From positions 1-50,792 of the forward strand of contig CAIQVS010000332.1 in the NCBI GenBank assembly GCA_903875345.1: a stretch of DNA of 50,792 nt. Direction: 5' to 3'. The position numbers were made by a program, and so were the translations under genes. This stretch comes from an uncultured Pseudomonadota bacterium (GTDB taxonomy: Bacteria > Pseudomonadota > Alphaproteobacteria > UBA9219). The notes beneath the pieces are model-generated. The model was given only the letters and a program-made list of their open reading frames with translations. It had not been told where the DNA came from and searched no databases. Below are positions 17,301 to 24,895 of this stretch, in pieces (the first letter of the stretch is position 1; every line of letters begins with the position of its first letter).

Positions 17301-19768
17301 TGCGTCTGGCTGTCATCTGCGGCGGTCCGTCCGCCGAACGCGGCATTTCACTGAATTCCGCACGGTCGGTGATGGATCATTTGTCGCCGCTCGGCTACGA
17401 CATCGCGCCGTTTTATTGCGACACGAGGAAGAATTTCTATCAACTTTCTCCGTCACAGCTTTATTCCAACACCCCGTCCGATTTTGATTTCAAGCTGAAC
17501 CAGACCGCCAAGCCCTTGACCGAAGTCGAACTGATCGCCGCGCTCCGCGCCACCGATCTTGTTTTTCCGGCCATACATGGCACGTTCGGCGAAGACGGCG
17601 AATTGCAGGAATGGCTGGAGCGCCACGCCATTCCTTTTGTCGGCTCGCCATCGTCCGCCTGCCGCATGATGTTCGACAAGGCCGTTGCTAATCTCCATCT
17701 CGCCCGTCACGGCTTCGCCACGCTACCGAATTGCCGGATCGACCAGACCGACACGCCCGCACTACGCGCGCAGATGATCGGCGAGTTTTTCGCCCGTTTT
17801 CATATCGAAAAGGCGGTGGTCAAACCCTCCAACGGCGGCTCCAGCCTCGGCATTGCCACGGTTCACGACATTGCCGCTGCGCTTGAGCGAGTCGATGACA
17901 TTTTTACGCAGGGGCACGGTACGTCGGCGCTTATCGAACCTTATTGCGAAGGACAGGAATTCACGATCGTCGTCGCCGAAGGCGCTGACGGCAATCCCGT
18001 CGCTTTCATTCCGACCGAAATTGATCTGACCGGCGGCGAGATTTTCAGCTTTCGCCACAAATACCTGCCCACCTGTCACGTCGAGTACCACTGCCCACCA
18101 CGGTTTGCCGACGAGATCGTCGGCAACATTCAAAAGGCAGCGGAGACCCTATTCGGTTTCTTCGGCATGCGGGATTTTGCGCGTCTTGATGGCTGGTTGT
18201 TAAAAGACGGCCATGTAATCTTTTCGGACTTCAATCCCATCTCCGGCATGGAGCAGAACAGCTTCCTGTTCATTCAGGCGAGCCGCCTCGGCCTGACGCA
18301 TGGCGACATGTTGAACCATATTGTTAGCGGAGCGGCGCGGCGTTATGGCGCAGTCGCGGTTGCGCGAAGCGCAGAGCAGTCGCGCCAGAAACAAAACGCA
18401 GTCGCGGTTGTGAGCGGCGCATCAGCGCCGGTCACAGAGCCGTCGCGCCCACAAAACGTCCGCGTCCTGTTCGGCGGCAACACGGCGGAACGTCAGGTTT
18501 CGCTGATGTCGGGCACGAATGTATGGCTGAAGCTGCGGCATCATCCCGCCTGCAATCCTGAACCTTACTTGCTCGCGCCGGATCAAAGCGTGTGGCATTT
18601 GCCCTATGGCTACACACTGAACCACACGGTTGAGGAAATTCTGATCCATTGCGCCGAAGCGCCGAGCGTCACCGAACGGCTGCGGCGGCTTGCGCCTCCT
18701 CTGCGCCAAAGATTGGGGCTGCAGACGTTGCCCGCGAACACGCATGTCATGCCGCGCTGCATGACGCTGGAACAATTCTGCGAAGAAGCGCAACGCGATC
18801 ACGCCTTCGTTTTTCTGGCGCTGCATGGCGGTGAAGGCGAAGACGGCACGATGCAGGAATTTCTGGACGGCTACAATCTTCCCTATAACGGTTCCGGTCC
18901 CGAAGCGTCGCGGCTCTGCATGGATAAGAATAAAACGGGCGAGATTATCCGCGCGCTGTCCGATCCGCAGCTTATCGCCGCACCCAAGATTGTCTTTACG
19001 CTTGCCGATACCCCGCAGCCGGAAGATTTATGGCATCAGGCGACGCAAAAATTTTCCACCAGCGATATTCTGATCAAACCGCAAGCAGACGGATGCTCTG
19101 CGGGCGTCGCGCGTCTGACGTCCGTGCATGAGCTTAAACTTTATCTGCATGCCTTATCGACACAACAGCCTATCCTTCTTCCCGCAACACTGATGCACCA
19201 GCCGCAGGCAATCGATCTTCCGGTTCATGCCGACGAGCTTTTGCTGGAACCCTTTATCGTTACGGACATTATTCGCGTGCGCGATCTCGAATTGATTCAT
19301 CAAGCCAAAACGGGCTGGATTGAATTGACCGTAGGCGTGCTTGAGCAAGCCGGACATTATCACGCGCTCGCGCCGAGCATCACCGTTGCCGAGGAAGCCG
19401 TTCTATCTCTTGAGGAGAAATTTCAGGGCGGAACCGGAGTTAATCTAACCCCGCCTCCAGTCAATATCGTCACGGCGGAACAGGGTGCGTCGATCAAATC
19501 AAAAATAGAAAAAGCCGCCAAAGCTCTTGGCATCGAAGGTTATGCCCGTATCGATATTTTCTTTAACACGCGCAGCGGACAGGTCATGGTGATCGAAGCC
19601 AACAGCCTCCCCGGCCTCACCGCCTCTACCGTCATTTTCCATCAGGCGCTGGCGGAAAATCCGCCTTTAATACCGCGTGATTTTCTGGCAAATCTGGTGA
19701 CGCTGGGCATCGAGAGACGGGAACGCAATCGCGCCCATCATCCCAAAATTGCGGCGCAGACTGTATGA
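17297..19768 (+). CDS. ddl: Tandem two-domain D-alanine--D-alanine ligase (823 aa)
   Basis: Two complete ATP-grasp Ddl units. Unit 1: GGPSAERGISLNS / HGTFGEDG / GGSSLG / DFNPISGM. Unit 2: GGNTAERQVSLMSG / HGGEGEDG / DGCSAG / EANSLPGLT. ATGA-coupled to murB at the ddl position. Confidence 0.92.
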   Translation: MMRLAVICGGPSAERGISLNSARSVMDHLSPLGYDIAPFYCDTRKNFYQLSPSQLYSNTPSDFDFKLNQTAKPLTEVELIAALRATDLVFPAIHGTFGEDGELQEWLERHAIPFVGSPSSACRMMFDKAVANLHLARHGFATLPNCRIDQTDTPALRAQMIGEFFARFHIEKAVVKPSNGGSSLGIATVHDIAAALERVDDIFTQGHGTSALIEPYCEGQEFTIVVAEGADGNPVAFIPTEIDLTGGEIFSFRHKYLPTCHVEYHCPPRFADEIVGNIQKAAETLFGFFGMRDFARLDGWLLKDGHVIFSDFNPISGMEQNSFLFIQASRLGLTHGDMLNHIVSGAARRYGAVAVARSAEQSRQKQNAVAVVSGASAPVTEPSRPQNVRVLFGGNTAERQVSLMSGTNVWLKLRHHPACNPEPYLLAPDQSVWHLPYGYTLNHTVEEILIHCAEAPSVTERLRRLAPPLRQRLGLQTLPANTHVMPRCMTLEQFCEEAQRDHAFVFLALHGGEGEDGTMQEFLDGYNLPYNGSGPEASRLCMDKNKTGEIIRALSDPQLIAAPKIVFTLADTPQPEDLWHQATQKFSTSDILIKPQADGCSAGVARLTSVHELKLYLHALSTQQPILLPATLMHQPQAIDLPVHADELLLEPFIVTDIIRVRDLELIHQAKTGWIELTVGVLEQAGHYHALAPSITVAEEAVLSLEEKFQGGTGVNLTPPPVNIVTAEQGASIKSKIEKAAKALGIEGYARIDIFFNTRSGQVMVIEANSLPGLTASTVIFHQALAENPPLIPRDFLANLVTLGIERRERNRAHHPKIAAQTV

Positions 19769-19772
19769 TTTC

Positions 19773-20234
19773 TTAAGACCTGATTTGGAAAATCGCGTCG
19801 ATCTCGACGGCAGCGTTAAGTGGAAGGTTGCCGACACCGACGGCGAACCGGGCGTGTTTTCCGGCTTCGCCGAAAACCTGCTCCATCAGTTCCGACGCGC
19901 CGTTGACGACTTTCGGCTGGTCGAAGAAGTCCGCCGCCGATGCGACGAAGCCGCCGAGCTTCACGCAACGCGCGACCCGATTCAAATCGCCGCCGCACGC
20001 TGCGCTTGCTTGCGCCAAAATGTTCAAGCCGCACAGCCGTGCCGCCGCGTATCCAGCCGTTAGATCCAGCTCCTGCCCAAGACGTCCAACGGCTTGAAGG
20101 CGACCAGCCTCTATCGGCAATTGCCCTGAGATGAACACGAGATCGCCAGTAACAACATAAGGCACATAGGCCGCAACGGCAGCGGCTGGATGAGGAAGCG
20201 TGATGCCGAGTTCGGCAAAGCGTTGGGAGATCAT
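19773..20234 (-). CDS. RidA/YjgF family protein
   Basis: AAYVPY, FISGQLP, VKLGGFV, QPKVVNGASEL, GKHARFAVG, LPLNAAVEID. Confidence 0.92.
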   Translation of the reverse strand: MISQRFAELGITLPHPAAAVAAYVPYVVTGDLVFISGQLPIEAGRLQAVGRLGQELDLTAGYAAARLCGLNILAQASAACGGDLNRVARCVKLGGFVASAADFFDQPKVVNGASELMEQVFGEAGKHARFAVGVGNLPLNAAVEIDAIFQIRS

Positions 20235-20247
20235 TTTTTGGATCCTC

Positions 20248-22110
20248 TTATGAAAAACGTAGATTGCCTTTTCGTCCCGCACCTTGCCGCGTCGGCGCTT
20301 GATCGAAGAGACCCGCCAGTTGCTGCATCATGACGCTGCCGAGCTGTTCGCTGTCGGTGATCGTGACGGCGCGTCGATAATAACGCGTGACGTCGTGACC
20401 GATGCCAATGGCGGTCAGCTCGACGCTCGACCAATTCTCGATCCAATCGATCGCGGCGCGGAGATGCTGCTCAAGATAATTGCCCGGATTGACCGACAAA
20501 GTCGAGTCGTCGACCGGAGCGCCGTCGGAAATGACCATCAAAATCCGCCGTTGCTCCGTCCGCGCCAGCAACCGCGTATGCGCCCACAACAGCGCCTCGC
20601 CGTCGATATTCTCTTTCAGCAATCCCTCGCGTAGCATCAGGCCAAGATTGCGCCGCGCATGACGCCACGGCTCGTCGGCGGCCTTGTAGACAATATGGCG
20701 AATGTCATTAAGGCGTCCCGGCAGCGGCGGTTTTCCGGCTTTCACCCAAGCGTCGCGTGACTGCCCGCCCTTCCATGTCCGTGTGGTAAAACCGAGAATT
20801 TCGGCCTTCACGCCGCAGCGTTCGAGCGTGCGCACAAGAATATCCGCCGACATGGCGGCAAGCGTGATAGGCCGCCCGCGCATCGAGCCGGAATTGTCGA
20901 GCAACAACGTCACCACCGTGTCACGAAAATCCATCGGCTTTTCGCGCTTGTAGGAGAGCGTGTGCGAGGGCGACGTCACGATTCGGGCAAGACGCGCGCT
21001 GTCGAGCAAGCCTTCTTCCAGATCAAACTCCCATGTGCGCGTTTGCTGCGCCATCAGGCGGCGTTGCAGACGATTAGCCAGACGCACGATTAGACTTTGC
21101 GTTGGGCGGATTTGCTGATCCAGCATAGAACGCAGGCGTTGCAATTCCTCCGGCGGACACAACTCCTTGGCCGAGATAATCTCGTCATACTGCGTGGTAA
21201 AAACGCGGTAGGTCGTACGTGGTCCGCGCTCCGAATTCCATTCCTCCGGCCCCTCCCCTGCGTGATCGCCGTCGCGGGCTTCGTCGCCGTTATCGGGCGC
21301 TGCGGCTCGATCCTGCGCTTCGTCGTTATCGGAGTTGGCGTCGGCATCAGCTGTTGCAACGCTCGTCTCCGGTTCACCTTGTTCGCTATCAGCGGCGGTG
21401 GCTTCTTTCTGTTCATCCTGCTCCGCACCGGAGGAGCTTTCTTCCTCCTCGCTTTCGCCGTCGTTGGACGGATTCTTTCCGCTGCCTCCGAGGTCAAGCA
21501 CCCGCAAAACCCGCATCGCTTCAGCGGCAAAGGCTTTCTGGTCGTGAAGCAACTCCGGCAGTTTGCCGAGATGCGCGCCAATGCGTTCCTCGACCCAAGG
21601 CCGCCAGATTTCGGCAGCCCGCGCCGCCGATTTCGGCAAAGGCTGCTGAGCGAAAGCTTCATGCGCGAGAATGCGCAAAACGTCGGTCAGCGGAATCTCG
21701 GCTTTGGCTCCGGCGCGTTCGAAGCCCTGCTGCTTGCAGCGTTCGTCCAGCAACGCGGAGAGGTTGCTGGCAACTCCGGCCATGTCCCGCGCTCCAAGCC
21801 CTTCGCAACGCGCCTGTTCCAGAACTTCGAACGCGGTATAGGCGACGATGTTTTCAGGCGTCGAACGAGCGAAGAGTTTCGGATCGTGATAACGGAGGCG
21901 CAAGGCCACGGCGTCGGCGGCACCGCGAATGAAAGCCGTTTCCGCGCGCGGCATTCCGGCGGAGGGCAGCGGAACCTTGACGCGTGTTCCCGCCACACCC
22001 ATCGGCTCGGTCGTGAACCCAACCTCAAGCTCAGGCTGATGCCCGATAGCCTTGATCGCCACGGCAGTCGCGCGCTTGAAATTTTCGACGGGAGTTTCAG
22101 GGTTCGACAT
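20248..22110 (-). CDS. cobT: CobT-family protein (cobaltochelatase CobT subunit, acidic linker plus vWA domain)
   Basis: EQARCEG, acidic low-complexity middle, [34 protein letters not shown] (MIDAS), [20 protein letters not shown]. Confidence 0.93.
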   Translation of the reverse strand: MSNPETPVENFKRATAVAIKAIGHQPELEVGFTTEPMGVAGTRVKVPLPSAGMPRAETAFIRGAADAVALRLRYHDPKLFARSTPENIVAYTAFEVLEQARCEGLGARDMAGVASNLSALLDERCKQQGFERAGAKAEIPLTDVLRILAHEAFAQQPLPKSAARAAEIWRPWVEERIGAHLGKLPELLHDQKAFAAEAMRVLRVLDLGGSGKNPSNDGESEEEESSSGAEQDEQKEATAADSEQGEPETSVATADADANSDNDEAQDRAAAPDNGDEARDGDHAGEGPEEWNSERGPRTTYRVFTTQYDEIISAKELCPPEELQRLRSMLDQQIRPTQSLIVRLANRLQRRLMAQQTRTWEFDLEEGLLDSARLARIVTSPSHTLSYKREKPMDFRDTVVTLLLDNSGSMRGRPITLAAMSADILVRTLERCGVKAEILGFTTRTWKGGQSRDAWVKAGKPPLPGRLNDIRHIVYKAADEPWRHARRNLGLMLREGLLKENIDGEALLWAHTRLLARTEQRRILMVISDGAPVDDSTLSVNPGNYLEQHLRAAIDWIENWSSVELTAIGIGHDVTRYYRRAVTITDSEQLGSVMMQQLAGLFDQAPTRQGAGRKGNLRFS

Positions 22111-22198
22111 TCAGCATTCAGGGGTCAAAGGCTAATAACACTATACGGGAGCAGTATAACGTCCTACTCCCTGAATGCCGAATCCTGAATACCGAACG
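22101..22198. repeat. Inverted pair of heptamer arrays between the PhoH-like gene and cobT
   Basis: CATTCAG CATTCAG GGGTCAA AGGCTAA (22108-22135) versus CTGAATG CCGAATC CTGAATA CCGAACG (22171-22198); the cobT ATG is part of a CTGAATG unit. Confidence 0.7.
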
Positions 22199-22948
22199 CT
22201 ACAATACCGCCAACATACTGGCAACGAGCGGATGCCGGACGATGTCCTGTTCCGTCATCTGCACGACAGCGATGCCGGGCACAGTGGACAATTTGCGGGC
22301 GATGTCGGCCAGTCCCGACATGCCTTCCAGCAGATCGCTCTGATCCGGATCGCCCGTCAGCACCATCGTCGAGTGCCAGCCGAGCCGCGTCAGCAGCATC
22401 TTGATCTGGTTGTAGGTGCAATTCTGCACCTCGTCGCACACGACGAAAGCGTTGTTGAGCGTACGTCCGCGCATGAAGCCAATGGGGGCGATTTCTATCG
22501 CGCCGTCGGCCAGATGCTGCTTCAGGCGCTTGCTACCGATACGATCATTCAGCGCGTCGTAAAGCGGACGTAGGAACGGAGCCATCTTTTCCTGCAAATC
22601 ACCGGGCAGAAAGCCGATGGTTTCTCCGGCCTCGACGGCGGGGCGCGACAGGATGATTCGGTCAACTCGTCCGTCTTCCAAGGCTTCTACGGCAGCGCTG
22701 ATCGCCAGATAGGTTTTTCCGGTTCCGGCAGGTCCGGCGGCGACGACGAGGCTGTGCTTGGCCATGGCGTCCAAGAGCGCGGCCTGATTGGCGTTTTGCG
22801 GCTTGATTTTGCGGATATAGCTTTGATCGCGGCGATCAAAGGACGGTTGGTTCAAAGGATCCCACGGCGAATTCGACGTATACATCGGCGTAACGTTATG
22901 CGTTCTCTCATTGCGATTAGATGATTCGAAATGACGCCTTTTGCCCAT
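22199..22948 (-). CDS. PhoH-family ATPase
   Basis: GPAGTGKT, LSRPAVEAGE, GFLPGD, FMRGRTL, DEVQN, GDPDQSDL, DIVRHPLV; GGGGAAGG before ATG 22948. Confidence 0.93.
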   Translation of the reverse strand: MGKRRHFESSNRNERTHNVTPMYTSNSPWDPLNQPSFDRRDQSYIRKIKPQNANQAALLDAMAKHSLVVAAGPAGTGKTYLAISAAVEALEDGRVDRIILSRPAVEAGETIGFLPGDLQEKMAPFLRPLYDALNDRIGSKRLKQHLADGAIEIAPIGFMRGRTLNNAFVVCDEVQNCTYNQIKMLLTRLGWHSTMVLTGDPDQSDLLEGMSGLADIARKLSTVPGIAVVQMTEQDIVRHPLVASMLAVL

Positions 22949-23139
22949 ACCTTCCCCGTTTCTGTCCAGCCGGAAGCCAGACGTTGCTGAAAGCCGCCAC
23001 AGGATGCGGCGACCGACCAAAACTTGTTGCCGAAGCGAAAGAAACGATTTGGGGGACAGAAAGGCTTGGCGCCACCATCTTTGGCGCATTGGGCGAAGCG
23101 TGATTAAGGTTGTTACCCGTTACAGCCCCCGTTGTCCTC

Positions 23140-23163
23140 GGCAGATTACTAAAATAATCTGCC
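23140..23163. promoter_or_regulatory. Perfect inverted repeat GGCAGATTA-N6-TAATCTGCC in the phoH/dapA divergent region (operator or RNA hairpin)
   Basis: 9-bp perfect arms seen directly. Confidence 0.45.
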
Positions 23164-23304
23164 CTCCTACCCAGTTATCACTCTATAGCTATATAGTTAA
23201 GAAATCCTTTCAAAATTTCAAGAGGCACATGTTGCGCCGTTGCTCCATAATGTGATTTGGGATAATCTTTAGCCCATATGCAAATTTAACTTTGAGGCTG
23301 CTTT

Positions 23305-24219
23305 ATGGACCGCACCCAATTTCGTGGCGTGATGACCGCCCTGATTACACCCTTTGCCGACGGCAAGGTGGACGAAAAGCGCTATCAGGATTTCACGCAA
23401 TGGCAGATCGCTGAGGGCGTACACGGGGTTGTTCCCTGCGGCACAACCGGCGAATCCGCAACCCTTTCGCACGATGAACATGAGCGCGTGATCGAGCTTT
23501 GCCTCGACGTCGCCAAAGGCAAAGTCCCAGTTATTGCCGGTTGCGGATCAAACTGCACCGAGGAGGCAATCGGCCTTACGCAGTTCGCCGAAAAAGCCGG
23601 AGCCGACGCAGCGCTGCATGTAGCGCCCTATTACAACAAGCCGACGCAGGAAGGGCTTTACCAACATTTCAAAGCCATTCATGACGCGACCGGCTTGCCG
23701 ATTATTCTTTACAATGTGCCGGGACGCACAGTCGTAAATCTTGGCGTCGAAACCATCGCCCGCCTTGCGGCTTTGCCGCGCATCATCGGCATCAAGGACG
23801 CAACCGGCGACATTACCCGTCCGGTCAAAACCCGCGCCGCTTGCGGCGAATCGTTCCGCCAGTTCACCGGCGAGGACGGAAACGCACTGGCCTTTCTGGC
23901 GATGGGGGGACATGGATGCATTTCCGTTACCGCCAACATTGCGCCTGCGCTGTGTTCCCAGTTGCAAAACGCATGGGCGAAGGGCGACCTTGCCGCAGCG
24001 CAGGCGATTAATGACCGTTTGACGCCGCTGCATGACGCAATGTTCTGCGAAACCTCTCCGGGTCCGGTAAAATACGCGGCGGCATTGCTCGGCCTCTGCC
24101 GTTATGAGTATCGCCTGCCACTCGTGCCAATCAGCACGCCGAATGAAAAAATCGTCGAGGATACATTGCGCAAGGTTGGTCTTGTTTCCGCCGATGCCGT
24201 GGTGCGGCAGGTCGGTTGA
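23305..24219 (+). CDS. dapA: 4-hydroxy-tetrahydrodipicolinate synthase
   Basis: ALITPF, GTTGES, PYYNKP, LYNVPGRT, GIKDATG, GCISVTAN. Confidence 0.97.
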   Translation: MDRTQFRGVMTALITPFADGKVDEKRYQDFTQWQIAEGVHGVVPCGTTGESATLSHDEHERVIELCLDVAKGKVPVIAGCGSNCTEEAIGLTQFAEKAGADAALHVAPYYNKPTQEGLYQHFKAIHDATGLPIILYNVPGRTVVNLGVETIARLAALPRIIGIKDATGDITRPVKTRAACGESFRQFTGEDGNALAFLAMGGHGCISVTANIAPALCSQLQNAWAKGDLAAAQAINDRLTPLHDAMFCETSPGPVKYAAALLGLCRYEYRLPLVPISTPNEKIVEDTLRKVGLVSADAVVRQVG

Positions 24220-24299
24220 ACAACGTGCGGTCGCAACCGCTTCCGGGAACACAGCGACTGATGCGCTGACGATGGAGTCCCGTTCGGTTCGGCTAAGAC

Positions 24300-24878
24300 C
24301 TAAGGTTTGTCTTCATCGCCCATCTTGATAGGGATTTGTGGCAGCTTTTTATTAAGTCGGCTCAAGACTTCATCTGTGACATCAAGCGCAGGGTTTGCCC
24401 ATAAAATCTGCTGTTTCAAGAGAACAATGTTAGCTCCGCGCTCATGGGCTGCCGTTTGGACAATATCAAGCAACGCCGCGCTGATAGCATTCTTGGCATC
24501 GGCAAAGGCTTGATCCAGAACTTTGCGTCGGGATTCAAAATGACGCTCAATCGTTAGCGTTCGCTGTCTTAATTGTTGTTCGCGTTCGCCATAAGCATCG
24601 GAGCTGAGACTGTCATGCGCCTTGCTCAAATCTTCCTCGGCTTTACGGAGCGCGTTTTCTTCCTTCTCGGTTTCGGCTTGAAACTTGGAACGTTGAACGT
24701 CGATTTGTTTCTGGACGCTTTTGGCCGCCAGAGATTCTTGTAGAATGCGCTGAACATCGACAACGGCAACCACGGGCGAAGCTATGGAAGCGGGTTCGCC
24801 CGCCCAAGCCTCAATGCCAGTAAAAATCAGGACACAGGAGAAAATTCCCACCTGAAGTCCGGTCGTGAAGATCTTCAT
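24300..24878 (-). CDS. skp: OmpH/Skp periplasmic chaperone
   Basis: Signal peptide, VAVVDVQRILQES, long helical region, DVTDEVLSRLN; directly downstream of bamA. Confidence 0.88.
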   Translation of the reverse strand: MKIFTTGLQVGIFSCVLIFTGIEAWAGEPASIASPVVAVVDVQRILQESLAAKSVQKQIDVQRSKFQAETEKEENALRKAEEDLSKAHDSLSSDAYGEREQQLRQRTLTIERHFESRRKVLDQAFADAKNAISAALLDIVQTAAHERGANIVLLKQQILWANPALDVTDEVLSRLNKKLPQIPIKMGDEDKP

Positions 24879-24895
24879 AACCTATCCCAGCCAGC

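Noticed and set aside
21097-22188. 363-aa plus-strand ORF and other long antisense ORFs (e.g. 15558-16244, 28008-28826, 30344-31078, 32942-33799)
   Set aside because: They lie opposite well-supported genes, have no motifs, and are expected shadows of GC-rich codon usage.
22949-23089. N-terminal extensions in the ORF track (phoH from 23089; also scoA 10331, gshB 28813, rodA 40608, typA 30281, murC 14727)
   Set aside because: The extensions are non-homologous, and downstream starts match family N-termini or SD positions.
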